From the human T2T-CHM13v2.0 reference genome, Homo sapiens, in the NCBI RefSeq assembly GCF_009914755.1, contig NC_060928.1: 64,000 nt of DNA. One strand, written 5' to 3'. Position numbers and translations under genes: made by a program. The notes below the pieces were generated by a model, which did no database searches, was not told the DNA's origin, and saw only the letters and a program-made list of their open reading frames with translations. Positions 31,141-43,794 of this stretch are shown piece after piece. Within the stretch, counting starts at the first letter, position 1, and every line of letters starts with the position of its first letter.

Positions 31141-33259
31141 GTGATTTAGACATTCTTCTCTGAAACTCCCCCCTCCAGAAATTTATTACTATTCTTTACT
31201 TGAGAAGGCAGAACTGGCCTGATTTATTGATTTGAAGATGAATCATATCAGAAATCAGCACTTTGCAAAGATCACCTAATGGTGTCCATTAGGAAACTAA
31301 ATTTCTTTTGAGTTTTTGCAATTTCAGCTGACATCTTACATTTTGATCCAGGGTATTTCTTCCTATGTGTTAATACTGTTCTTATTGTGTCTTAACTAAT
31401 TTTACTCCTCACTGTTAATTCTAATGTGGTGTTACTTCTACTTTTTGTTTTTCCTACAAGTAGCTATTTGAGCAAATTGACTTTGGAGTGTGCCCAATTA
31501 CTTTATTTACCTCTTAATCCTTTCATGTCATTCTGGAAGTACTGCCTCAGGATGAGGCCCTGCAGACATGGCATTTCAAGCAGCCTATGAGGATTAGATT
31601 TTTGTTTTTTGCTTCTTGTTTTTTTTTTTTTTTTTTCAGCATGCAAACCCAATTTGGGGAATCATCACCTCAGGCATAAGGATGATAGTTCCGGAAATGT
31701 CACTTAGAAAGGCATGTGGAATAGCCCAGCTCCCTTTTACAAATAGTTTGGTGGGGAGCAAAATACCAACTCCATCAACTAGTCAGTAGGTGGACAGACC
31801 TTTGGAAATGTCTGTAAAACCCTCTGCTAGCTGCTAATCTTCTCTCTGTAATTTCACTGACATAAGCAATAAACCCTGTAATTATATGGCACTAATCAAG
31901 AACACTGACAATAATGGAATATCAATCACAGCACTCATATGTAAACCCAGTTAGGTTCAGAGTTTAGTTTTGGCACCATCTGTAGTTTCAGTTATAACTA
32001 AACTAAAAGGAACTGATGAATGCAAGCTGGCTGAATCACATGCAGCTAAACTGTTTCTCTAAGCTATCTTGAATATGCTTTTCCAAGTGCATTATTCATT
32101 AAATTAAATGTTTTGCACTGATGTTTGAGCATGTGCAATTTCCTTCATTTGTAGTTTATAACAGCAATAACATCCCAGGCAGAGGGCATTTCCTGAGGAT
32201 TAACAGCCAGCTGGGGTTAATGGCTGAAGGTAGAGCCAAAGACCATCAATTCCTTCCCTCTAGCCATTAATTCTTAGGAGATGACCTGTTCTTTCATCAT
32301 TATCGCTGGCGTGTTTCTTCATCTGACCTTTATATGAAGTGATGTGGCACCACAGGAATTAATCCTTACATGGGGGTTGCAAAAGATGCATCCACTGAGT
32401 GTCTCTTAAACTTGTTTATAGGACAACAACAATTTACCTACCCACTAAATCACAAGGGATGCCCTAAATCTGTCTATCAAATAAGCAGTTTGTTCAGAAT
32501 GAGCCATTTACTTTTTTTCTGTTTTTTAAAAAGCTAACTTTTTTAGCTTCTAGCTTTCTGATGAGGAGTCAGAACTGATATTTCTGTGATTTTCCTGTTG
32601 TTTGATCATTCGTTTCTAAAACGTTCAACTCTACCAGGCAGCTCTTTTTTGGAGAAATGTCTCATGAAATGACATTTCCATCACTGTGTAGGAACTATTA
32701 CCTGGTCTCTGCAGAACATTTTTCAAATGTGCACAAAGACCCCTTCTTTGGGGTTTGTGTGTGTGTTTGGGCTGAGGGGGTGGAGGCAGTGAGGAATAAA
32801 GGGATATTAAACACAAACCGTGCATCTGCTGAGAGCTCTTGGAAGATTTTGTTATTTTCAGGGACAAGGAGTCTCTTTTTCTAATCAGCTCTTCATTATT
32901 GTCTCGGTAATTATCATGTTCCCTGAAGATTTTTATTCTTGTATTTTCCCTTGAAAGAATAATAATGGTTAAATTATTTAATAATGTTGCTTTGTCTTTT
33001 ATCTGGTCTCTCACCTGAGAATCTCAAGGTGCTTTAAAGAGATTAATTATGATTTACAAGACTCACAAAATGGATCTTAATTTGAAGCATTTTGAAAGCT
33101 GTGAGGCCTTGATAAATTAAGGTAATAGAAGCAGAAACCTGAAGTTGGGGTTCATTTGTTTGATTGTAGATGAAAGAGATTTCCTTCTCAGGAATCCTGT
33201 GACATTTTTTTTTTGTTCCAGATTAGGATAAAGGATGTAAGACTAGATTCATGAAAGCA

Positions 33260-33303
33260 AATTAACTTCTCCTAAGCACTGTGAATTAACTTTTCCTAAG
33301 CAC
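33260..33303. repeat. 20-bp tandem duplication
   Basis: AATTAACTT(C/T)TCCTAAGCAC at 33260-33279 and 33284-33303. Confidence 0.85.
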
Positions 33304-33354
33304 ACTACCTGTGCTACTTGTCACCAGGGGAACAGTGCTACCTCCTCAGAGCAG

Positions 33355-33907
33355 TGCATTAATCAGGACTTTTCAGGTCATAGGTGACTGAAGCCTGACT
33401 AATAATGGCTTAAGTAAGAAAAAGAAATTGGCTGATGTAAGTGAAAAATTCAGCCATAGTTTGTCTTCAGCTAGACTCAGCAACTCAGATACGTTCATGA
33501 GGAGTCTACCTTTTGGCTCTGCTTTTCTGGTGGGGCTTCATTTTTCAGGTGGGCTTTCTGCATACGATGCTCCCAGCAGCTTCAGACTTACTTACATTCT
33601 ACAAGTTTAGCAACCCTTGTCCAAAAAGCTTCTCTTTCCTAAGAGTGAAACATGTGCATTCATCTGGCTTTGATCATGAGTTCACCCCCGAACCAATGAC
33701 TTCAATTATTGTGTCCAGTGGGATGAAATATTGATTAGCTGGGCTGGTTTATGCTACTGCTGTTGAAGCTGAGGATTCAGTGAGCCACATCCAAGCCAGG
33801 TTGGTTGATTTGGAGAGTAGCGATGGTTCCTGAAAGGAAAATCAAGGTATAATTTCAGGAAGGAAGTGGAATGATTGTTGGAGAATGAGAAAAAACAGAT
33901 ATCCACA
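33355..33907 (-). mobile_element. Old MLT1 LTR (MLT1K/L-like)
   Basis: ATTAATCAGGACTTTTCAGG...AATGGCTTAAGTAAG...CCCGAACCAATGAC...AAAACAGATATCCACA. Confidence 0.7.
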
Positions 33908-34017
33908 AAAGGTAGCAGGATTTCAGTATTTATATTTACTTCTAGCACAAATAATTGAAGACCTCAGAGATAAAACTCAAAATCTCAGTCCTTTATAAAT
34001 ATAATTTTTATTAACAT

Positions 34018-34150
34018 ACCACTTTCAAAATGTATGTGCCTTGGAAACCAGTCTCATGAGATATTTCTTCAAAAAAAGCGTTCAGTGATTACATAAATTT
34101 GAGAAACACAGAAAACTGTAACCTTCCTTGGATATACATTAAGTATTAAA
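34018..34150. mobile_element. Probable hAT-Charlie MITE fragment
   Basis: CTTTCAAAATGTATGTGCCTTGGAAACCAGTCTCATGAGAT...TAAATTTGAGAAACAC. Confidence 0.35.
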
Positions 34151-35264
34151 TAAGCCAGTATGCCCTTATAACAAGTTTCACTGATGCATGAATTTAACAT
34201 AGACATCATTTATTCATATACATGTGTGAGCATGATTCCAAAATTTATAATGTCGGTGATCAAAAATGTGATTGATAGACGTTGTGATGGTCTTTTGAGG
34301 CAGTATGGCACTAGGAGAGAGAACAGACCACTAAACAAAAGTAGGCCATGGTTCTCAGGTCCAACTGCAGAAACCAATATTGGCCGTTCAACTGGTTATG
34401 ACGGGAAGTTTCCATGGAAAGTCACACTTCCTAATATAATTAGTACCAGATTTCCCAAGAGCATGTAGCATTGGATAATCCGGTGATCAGTCTGTGGTTG
34501 TGTGTTAAAACATACTCAGTAGATTTAAGCTATAAAAAATCTGTCTGTCTGAGAAGACCCCAGATATTGTTTATGGTGCTAGTTCCAGGGGATTGGATTA
34601 GTATGAATGAAGAAGAGCAGCAGGACTCTCTTCCCCTAGTTAGAAGTCCAGGGCAAATCTCCAGACCTGGAACTAGCCGTGGAGGAGAGCGGTAGCCCAG
34701 TAGGCAGAGCGAAGATATAGGGGTTGTGAAAAAAGGCTGAAGAAGCAGCCAAGGAAAAAACAAAACAAAACAAAAAACCATTGGTGGTGCATATTCAGGA
34801 TAGGTGTGTGAGTGTATGGGAAGATACCTGAGAGACTAAGTGGCTTTCTGGGAATATAGCTTGACACATGGGTGAAATTGACAACATGTTGAGAATATTG
34901 CCATGATATAGCGGAAGAACTTTAGAACAAGAAACACCAGAGTGAGAATACCAGCTTGCAGAAATTACAAGCTGGGAAAGCTCCTTAATTATGCGGAAAC
35001 TTGGTCTTATCTGTAGTGGAAATAATAATATTTTCCTTGGAGGCATGTTGTGAATATAATAGGTATGATATTTTACCTTTATGATATTGGGTATTTAAAA
35101 AACATTTTGTTCTTTATTTCTTTATGACTGAATGTAGCTTAACTCAAGAGTATGTGTTTCTTCTCATAAGTGAGAAATATGAAGACATGCTGCTGATGGG
35201 AAGAGAAGAGTTTAGTTGGTATTGCTGGTTTCTGACCCTGGTAGCATCTGTTGAAGTATAACTT

Positions 35265-35635
35265 TGAGAGGTGAAGCCAGCTGGACTTCCAGGTCAGACG
35301 GGGACTTGGAGAACTTTTCTGTCTTACCAGAGGATTGCAAAATGCACCAATCAGCACTCTGTAAAATGGACCAATCAGTATTCTGTAAAATGGACCAATC
35401 AGCAGGATGTGGGCGGGGACAAATAAGGGAATAAACGCTGGCCACTCCAGCCAGCAGCGGCAACCTGGTCCTTTACAGCTTTGTTCTTTTGCTTTTCACA
35501 GTAAATCTTACTGCTGCTCACTCTTTGGGTCCCTGCCACCTTTAAGAGCTGTAACACTCACTGCGAAAGTCCGTGGCTTCATTCTTGAAGTCAGTGAAAC
35601 CAAGAACCCACCGGAAGGAACCAACTCTGGGCACA
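35265..35635 (+). mobile_element. LTR12F-like solo LTR (ERV9/ERV1)
   Basis: TGAGAGGTGAAGCCAGCTGGACTTCC...GAACCCACCGGAAGGAACCAACTCTGGGCACA; TG...CA ends; 4-bp TSD ACTT at 35261-35264 and 35636-35639. Confidence 0.92.
35341..35440 (+). promoter_or_regulatory. LTR12 U3 promoter motifs: 3 CCAAT boxes, GC box, AATAAA TATA-like box
   Basis: CCAATCAG at 35347, 35371, 35395; GGGCGGGG at 35411-35418; AATAAA at 35430-35435. Motifs are seen directly, activity is unknown. Confidence 0.6.
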
Positions 35636-35967
35636 ACTTGACCAAACAGACCCTAAGTGTTGCCTGCTGGTCCTACTGAAACTGCTTCTAATGTCTTTGG
35701 ACTTTTCATGGCCTCCAGTTTTGGAGTCCACTAGCCCCTTATGTTAACTATGAGGGTCTTTCTGGTATACCAACTCTCCTTTTTACTTCTGTGTCCCTCT
35801 GAGGGGTTTAGGAGACTGCAGTTTCTTTTCTATCAGGTTCCTATCAGGCTCATCCTCTTGGACTCCTGTCTTAGTCCCTGCTACTCATATTGCTATGTCA
35901 GACATAGAGTTTTTCTATAAAGCATAAATACCCTTAGGATATACCCTGGAAAGTTATGTAATTAACC

Positions 35968-36843
35968 TTTTTTTAGAAAAAATTATAAATTTTGGTAAAA
36001 TATACCTAACATAAAATTTACCATCTTACCCATTCTTAACTGTAGAGTTCAGTTGTGTTACATGTGTTCATGTTATTGTGCAACCAGTCTTCAGAATTCT
36101 TTTCATCTTGCAAAACTAAAACCGAATACAGCCCATTGTCCCATAGAACTGATGTTTACAGTCTTTTAAAATAAACATAGAAATTGATCCTCTTAGTCTT
36201 AAAGCTTGAGACGTAACATATGTCTTATCTGAGTTCTTTCCTCAGGGAACTGTTCTTCAGGCCTCCCCAATAGTATCAAGGAACTGAAGCTCGCCAGATC
36301 ACTACATTCCAACAATGTGAAGCCAGATCTTTCATCCCTCATGATTTCCTTTCCCCACCCTAATTCCTGTTTACCTACATGTGGTTATTATACATTCTTT
36401 CTCTTTTATATAAACTTCCAATTTTAGTCAGGGAGATGGATTTGAGAGTGATCTCCCATCTCCTCAGCAGCAGGACCTGATTTAAGCCTCATTTCCTGGC
36501 AATACTTGATGTCTCAGTGATTGATTTTCTGTGCAGTGAGCAGCAGGACATAAACCCAACCGCTGGTGTTTGGGTAACAAAACTTTATACTCATTAAACA
36601 CCTCCCTTGCTTCCCCTCCTCCCAGCCCCGGACAACCCACATTCTGCTTTCTACCTCTATAAATTTGACTACTCTAGGTATCTCAGGTAAGTGGAATCAT
36701 ACAGTGTTTATCTTTTTGTGACTGGCTTATTTCATTTAAAATAACGTTTTCAGGGTTCATAATATTGTAGTATAGGTAAAAATTTTCTTCCTTTTTAAGG
36801 CTGAAGAATAGTTTGCTGTATGTATATACCACGTGTTATTTAT
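35968..36843 (-). mobile_element. L1MB 3' end, interrupted by an LTR
   Basis: AACATAAAATTTACCATCTT...TTTTCATCTTGCAAAACTAAAAC resumes as TTTATACTCATTAAACA...GTAAGTGGAATCATACAGTGTTT. Confidence 0.88.
36123..36579 (+). mobile_element. ERV solo LTR (LTR47/MER72-like)
   Basis: ATTGTCCCATAGAACTGATGTTTA...GGGAGATGGATTTGAGA...GGTGTTTGGGTAACA; TSD AAAC at 36119-36122 and 36580-36583. Confidence 0.8.
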
Positions 36844-37924
36844 GAAATGATGATCTTTTACACTTTCAGGGCTCTCATAACTTATCTGATGATCTATCAC
36901 AGTTTCTATCATTTCACTGTTTTTCCTAGCTGAAATTAACTTTTTGGCATATCCTTGGCATAAGACCCTGGGGAATAAAGTTCTTATATAATCCCACATT
37001 TTATTTCGCTTCTAGTCACTCTATGGTTAATGGGTAAATTCTCAGCTTTGACTGTCTTAGATTTGGCTGCCGATAAGTAAAGCGAGGTGATTAGAAATTG
37101 AAAGAAAGAAAAAAAAAAGCAAACACAACATTTTTCCCCCAATCACCTGGATTCTGCATTGGAAAACAATGGCTTTTAGTGCTATTGTCTCTGTTAAATA
37201 TTTATAAAAGTCTGTGGAAGTGCTTGACGAAAGTCATGAATTTGACATGAATTTTTCTGTCCATATTAAATTCTAAACCAATGGCAGTATGTATAGATGA
37301 CCATTGCTGCTATTTGAAAAATAGGAGGAAGCTCATGAGTAAAAGGAATGAAAACAAAACAACCAACAACCTATATCCATATCAAAGCATTACCCTGGTA
37401 TGTAAGAATTAGAGCTAATGTATGTTAAGCATCTGACACATAATAAATATTTTTAAAATGTGGCTATAATTATAGCATATTCACCCTTTTTGGTAAGATT
37501 TTGAATAAACGTTGACAGTAAATTTTAATTTGCTTCAAGGTTATACCCTCAAGTAAAGGCTTGACAATTTGGAATTTTGTGCTGGTGACTGAGAGAGGAT
37601 ATTTATGTGCTTTGAATAACAGATATGGTAATAGAAAGCTGATGCTCTATTTTCAAAGTTGAAAGAATGGACACTGTCTTCTTACAAATGGAAAGGGCCA
37701 CCCTATCGTCTTCTATCTGAACATGGTAATTTACACTTACATGTAACATCATACTTTAGAACAATTGTTGTAAGCATAATAAATATCCATATATCTATAT
37801 AAGATTAATTATGTTTAGTCTTATACCAGTAACTTAGATAATCTTTATGTAAAGAGAATATAGTTGGGCTCATCTTTCCCTCATTTAAATGGAACCTCAG
37901 GCTGCACCTAAGAGGCAATAAATG

Positions 37925-38202
37925 TATGGGTTCAAGGTATGGGCTTTGAACCCATAGGGAGCTATGCGTTCAAACCAGGCTTTGCTGTATGCTAGCTGTG
38001 TGAGCTAACGAACATTATTTAACCTCTTGCCCAATTTTGTCTACCTGTAGATAGGGATAAGATAGTACCTACATTTTAGAGTGAGCATTAAATGAAATAA
38101 TAATCAAGTATTTACTATTTATTTTATTATTATAGATAAAGTCTTTACAACGGTAAAGTATGTGACACATGATAGGGGACAGCTAAAGTAGCTGTTATCA
38201 TT
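37925..38202 (+). mobile_element. MIR
   Basis: GGGCTTTGAA...CTAGCTGTGTGA...ATTTAACCTCT...CTGTAGATAGGGATAAGATAGTACCTAC. Confidence 0.75.
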
Positions 38203-39374
38203 CGTAGCTCCTACCCTCGTTTGTGCTGTCAGTTCCACCTTGCAGTTCTTAAAAAAATGTATTATCTTTCATGGCAATTTGCTATTATTTTCTGAGTATC
38301 GTTGGGGTTCTTATTTTCTACCATGAGAGCCATCTTCAGTTTCTTCTATGTAGTCATCCTGAGCCCAATGGCTGAAGTTTCTTGTCTTTCTTATAAGACA
38401 TCATTGTTACAGCCAAGACCAAGGGCCTATAAGGTCTCTTCTGGTGAGGAGTGAGTGCTGCTTGTATTGATTTGCCTCTAAAACCATTCCTTACCCTGGA
38501 CTGGCTTCCCTTGCCTGCCCAGTTGTCTTGATTCTGACTACTCAAAGGTGTGACTGTTAGAGAGTGCTGTTTCTCTGAAAAATTTCTTTGCTAGAATGTC
38601 TTTTGCAAAACAGAGGAACACTGTATGTTCTTCCTTTGCAATACAGCCTCGTGTTACTTGATTAGTTTCATCAGAACCTATATTTTATCATCCGGCTCTT
38701 ACTTTTATGTTTGAAAGAAATCCTTCCCTTCTCCTAATCATTTAAAGAAAATCAGAACAAATACACCAACAAAAGCAGTTAATATATAGCATTTCTAGTA
38801 GGTTCTTACCAAGAAAGGAAAGTCTACCAAGGACGTTAAACCATTTATTAATTCTATTTTTATCTAAGGGGGAACTATTCCCTGATCTTTAAACTAAGTT
38901 AGATCTTAGAATAATTAATCAGTTGAAGACCAGCAATAGCCTGGGAATTCAAGCTTTTGATAGGTACACAGCATCGTTAATGGAATTTTTATTGTAAAAA
39001 AATCATTTCTTGAACATACACTATGCAACATTGCGGCAGTTGCTGAAAACTGTTTTAGAGGAAAATAAAATATTCCCCACCATCATGATTACACCCACAT
39101 TTGGCATCTGCAGCCATGCACGTGTATGCCACCAGCCCTCCTGTAGCTGTGCACGTGCACACTACCTTTCACATGCATCTGGTCCCTGCAGCTGACCATG
39201 TGCACGCTGCTGGCCCTAGGCGTCTACCCCCGACTGCACAGTGGGTTTGAAAAAGTATGGAGAGATACAGAGTTATCTCAGTTTGATTAGAATTTGGCTT
39301 TTTTTTTTGGCCATCTACCTAATTATACCTTGTTTTAAGGGAGAACAATGGCAAGAAGGAGAGAACAAAGAATA

Positions 39375-40015
39375 TAAGGTTAAGACTCAATACTGAAGTT
39401 CAAAATCTGTCTCAATGATTACTAGCTGGGTGATCTTGGAAAAGCCACTTGGTATCTATGACAATTCTATGATAATTCTATTGGATGTGTGTCAAATTCT
39501 TTACCTTCCTTCTATATCTATGTGACTGCAGCTGGTCCCAGTAAGAGGTACTATCTTGACTGTGGCTTTGGCTTTGTAATTATTTTGGCCTAAAGAATGA
39601 GAGGCCAACAGAGTGAGTGACTGCGTGGCATTTCAGAGCCCAGACGTCTCATCACATGCAGACAAGAGACTCCAAGAAGGATAGGTGTTCCCAGCTGACA
39701 ACTGGCCATGCCCTAGAAGTAGCCAGTCTCCTACCTGAAATACAAGGACAGCAAATGCTTGAGGGAGCCCAGCAGATACGAGAAGAATCTTGCAGCTGAA
39801 CCCAGTCTCCATTATTGAATAGTAGAATCATAAAATAAATATAAATAATTGTTGTTTTAAATCACTAAATTGATTTAGTGGATATCTGAGATATTCAGAT
39901 TTATAAAATGAAATTATTGTAGCTGTCCCCAAAGGTTGTTATGAGAACTGAAGACATGAGAAATGCTAAGAGCCTATTACTGTGGCTGGCATATAGCATG
40001 TGTTTAATTCAACTC
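39375..40015 (+). mobile_element. MIR split by an MLT1 LTR
   Basis: TTACTAGCTGGGTGATCTTGGAAAAGCCACTT (about 39420-39450) resumes near 39900 as TATAAAATG...GGTTGTTATGAGAA...CTGGCATATAG. Confidence 0.65.
39470..39890 (+). mobile_element. MLT1G/H-like LTR
   Basis: TTTTGGCCTAAAGAATG...GCAGCTGAACCCAGTC...AATAATTGTTGTTTTAAATCACTAAATT. Confidence 0.65.
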
Positions 40016-40494
40016 AGTTCCCATTTACACCTCTTTTATCAGCTCCACCCCCAACTTTTCACCCCATCTCTTCTGGAAACTTTTTCTTTTCAAGTCAAAA
40101 TAAGAAATAGTCAACCTTTTAAAATAATTTGATTATCACAACCTTTTGAATAATTTAATTGCTAAGGTGTTGTCAATATGTAATAATGAGGAACGCTCAG
40201 CTCACATTTAAAAACCAGGCATGGTAAGTGCACCAGAACACATCTTGATGAAGTTGTTTGACCCACTTGTTTTTTTACTGGCTACAGATCAAACACTGAG
40301 GTGTATGTGGTTGACTGACAGGCTCTGCCTGACTCAGGGAGGGATGATCCTGGAGAGGCTCGTCTCATTAAATGCCACCCATTCACATTTGGTATTTCTG
40401 ATTCAGTTAAATATTGAAATTGCTTTTATTAATTTGCAAGTCTTATTTGGCTGAGCTAACTTGGGTGTATTTTGAAAGCAAATCAATCTTAGTT

Positions 40495-40590
40495 GATTTA
40501 ATCAATAATAAATAATGTATTGAGAACCTAATACGTATCATGAATAGGGATACAGTATGAACACATAACTTGTCCTCATGGAGCTTAACT
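40495..40590 (-). mobile_element. L2 3' end
   Basis: ATGTATTGAGAACCTA...GGGATACAGTATGAACA...TGTCCTCATGGAGCTTA. Confidence 0.55.
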
Positions 40591-40914
40591 ATGTTCTATG
40601 CAGGTTTCCTCATCCCTAGAGACTATGAGATCAATCATTTCTTTAAAAAGAGAGACTGAAGTTCATTGATTCAGCAGTGAATCAATCTGGTGGTTATATC
40701 TGTTATAACCATATGAGAAAGGCTGAATGTAACTGAGTCTAATCTTCTTGGGACTAAACTGCAATGAGATTGAATAATGCCTCTAGGGTCTGAATAATAC
40801 GTGTTGTCCAATGACTGTGTTATGCTGATACCTGCTGTTAGACAATTCATCTGCCTGCACTGCTGATTGCCTGCTGTTTGGAATTCTCTGAGATGCCCTG
40901 AATCTTTGATTTAT

Positions 40915-41130
40915 TTTCATTCATTTATTTCTTTAGTCATTTATTTAGTAATTCATCAACTTACCAAACTCATGTGCCTTCAACGTTCCAGACACATCGT
41001 CTTTGCTCTAGAGGAACTTCTAGTCCAGTGAGTTAAGGCAGACACATAAACAGATAACTCGAACAAACTGTTACATCAGCTGGGTGTTTTAGAAGGTACT
41101 TAGGGGCAGGAACAAAGAGTCGAAATGGCT
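40915..41130 (-). mobile_element. L2 3' end
   Basis: TTCATTCATTT...TGCTCTAGAGGAACTTCTAGTCCAGTG...AGGCAGACACATAAACAGATAA. Confidence 0.6.
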
Positions 41131-41530
41131 TGAACCTAGAGCAGCTTGTTCTGATCTGAGGCAGATTCTCCCCTCCCCGAGAAAACATATCATAGCTCTA
41201 GAAAGCAAACTCTACAGCCAGTCCTTTTGTTATTTCCATATCCTAGTACTAGGCTTTTTTCAAAGTGTGATTCTCTGCCTAGAGTTCCTGAATGTACCAA
41301 TTATGTTCCCCTGAGGCTCAGTTATGACTCCAAAGGCATGAAATGCTTCCTGGACTTATGAAAATAAGACACATACACAACCACAGGATGTGTTAGTTTC
41401 ATTGTATAAGAAATTCTCTTAATGATGTTTTCATTTTGTTACAGGAGATATTTATGAAAATGCAATATTTGTAATATCAGCATTTATATTTAGAAAGTGC
41501 TTACTGCCATGAATTTAGGAAGTCAGTAGT

Positions 41531-41932
41531 TGTATTACTTTGATAGGACTTCCTTAACAAAGCTAGACAAACTGGGTGGACTAAACAATGGAAATTTTTT
41601 TTATATAATTCTGGAATATAAAGATCTGAGATCAAGGTGTTGGCAGGGTTGTTGGCAAGGTGTTGGCTGAGCACTCTCTCTTTGGCTAGCAGATGTCCAT
41701 ATTTTGATGTCTTCACATGGTCTTCTTTCTGTGTTGCCTGTGTCCTAATCTCCTCTTACATGAACATCAGTCATACTGAATTAGGGCATACCCTAAAGAC
41801 CTTATTTTAATGTAATCACCTCTTCAAAGACCCTATCTCCAAATACAGTTACAAATTCTGGGATACTGGGGACTGGATACTGTTAGGACTTCGACATGTG
41901 AATTTTGGGAGAATACAACTCAGTCCATTACA
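41531..41932 (-). mobile_element. MLT1B-like solo LTR
   Basis: TGTATTA...TCTGAGATCAAGGTGTTGGCAGGGTT...TCAAAGACCCTATCTCCAAATACAGT...CAGTCCATTACA. Confidence 0.88.
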
Positions 41933-42330
41933 GTTTTCATCAAAAGAATTCATTAAAATTTGAACATTCATAGCCAGCAAATATACTGTCATTTTGTTTT
42001 TCAACATAGCTCATAAAATGCATCCAGTTCTTTTTAAGAGGGAACAGTGCTAGTGCAGGAAAGAGAAAGAGAGCGCATTTGCTTTGGATTATCATATGTC
42101 AACTCTTGCTATCCATCTGAAAATTCAGAGAGAGAATTACCTAAGGGAAGAAAAGAGGATTTATTTATTGAATTTATTTATTGGATAAAGAATATTTGTG
42201 GTGTGCTCTGAATATTTGAAATTATGCTAACACATTAACATGTGGAAGAAACTAGCAGAGTTTTAGTCAAAAGCAGTGCTGATATATATAAAATGATCAT
42301 GTGTGAAGAGTTAGCTATGCCTTGTGTTAC

Positions 42331-42627
42331 TTTTTTTTGTTTTTTTTTGAAATGAAATCTTGCTCTGTCACTCAGGCTGGAGTGCAGTGGCGTGATCTCA
42401 GCTCATTGTAACTTCTGCTTCTGGGTTCAAGCGATTCTTCTGCCTCAGCCTCCTGAGTACCTGGGACTACAGGTATGCGCCACCAGGCCCGGGTAATTTT
42501 TTTATTTTTAGTAGAGACGGGGTTTCACCATATTGCCCAGGCTGGTCTTGAACTCCTGACCTTGTGATCTGCCCACCTCAGCCTCCCAAAGTGCTGGGAT
42601 TACAGGCGTGAGCCACCGCGCCCAGCC
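42331..42627 (-). mobile_element. Alu, full length (AluSg/Sc-like)
   Basis: Dimeric Alu with the short GACCTTGTGATC left-arm variant; TSD TGTGT(T/C)AC. Confidence 0.95.
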
Positions 42628-43794
42628 TGTGTCACAATTTAATGGAATATTAGTAAAACTATTTTTTTTTCCGATTTGGGCATACATGAAAATACCTCAT
42701 AGATGTACACACCCACTCTTGGAACTTTCCTCTGATTATTTTTCCATTTTCTTTAAACAAGAGATATAGAGCAGATGTTTCATTATCAATGCAAATAGGA
42801 TGTTGAAAGGCATTTATCTTCTTTTAATAACCATATCCCCAATCTATTGAACACTCTTTCTATTGTTCAGCCCTCCACAGAGGTTCATGGATTAAAACCT
42901 CTTTCTTATTATGCTTATTGCATTGGGTCATCTGGAGTCATGGATTCACAAGATAGTCTTGACCTTTACCTGGGTCTTAGATGTTTTAGACAAGGCATGA
43001 TAACTTTGCATGAACTTTATTTAGACACTGTGACCTACACTGAAGTGAAGAAGTACCTCTAAATGGCTTCAGCAATGCCCTCATTTTGTGCCTGCGTGGA
43101 TACCTGTAGTTTATTGCCTTCAAGCAGTTTCTTTGAGAAAAGAAACAAAACTCCATAATTTTAGCCCCTTTTGCAGAGTGTTAGCAGAGAAGTTCTCTTC
43201 CTTAATAAATTTCATTCTATATGCAGATATAATCAATATCTTATATGCTTTAAAAATAGTTGTAATCTATATTTCATACTTCAAATACATTTCTTACCAT
43301 AACTTACAATGTCAAACAACATACTGTAAATGTAGATATGACTGTTAATGTTTGTGTATTAAATTATATATAAATAAATGTTTTGTGCAGCCTCAAAATA
43401 TGGGCTCTGACATTGGTTATAAATGCCTTCTTCATCTCCTGGATTTCAAATACTTTTAACTTGGGCAACTGAATGTTAACTTTTACATGTGAATTTAGAA
43501 CATCATTAAATACAATTCTCATCTTACCAAGAGACCTACCATGGCTTACCAGATTGACATGGACTTAACCTTACTCCCAGTTTTAAACTTAGGACTTCAG
43601 AACTGAAGACCCAAGGTTGGCTTCCTGCTTTCACTCCAATGGTAGGAGGAAGAAATTCAGTTATTTATGTAATTAAAATTGTTTTGAGAGTATATTTTAT
43701 GTCAGTCATTATACAAGGTTCTGGAGATACTGTTATGAATAAGACATGGTTTTGGTTATAGGACAGTGAGAGGTACAGAGAAGTAAGGAACAAT

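Noticed and set aside
35347-35402. 24-bp periodic repeats resembling an array
   Set aside because: These are the normal CCAAT-containing U3 tandem units of LTR12.
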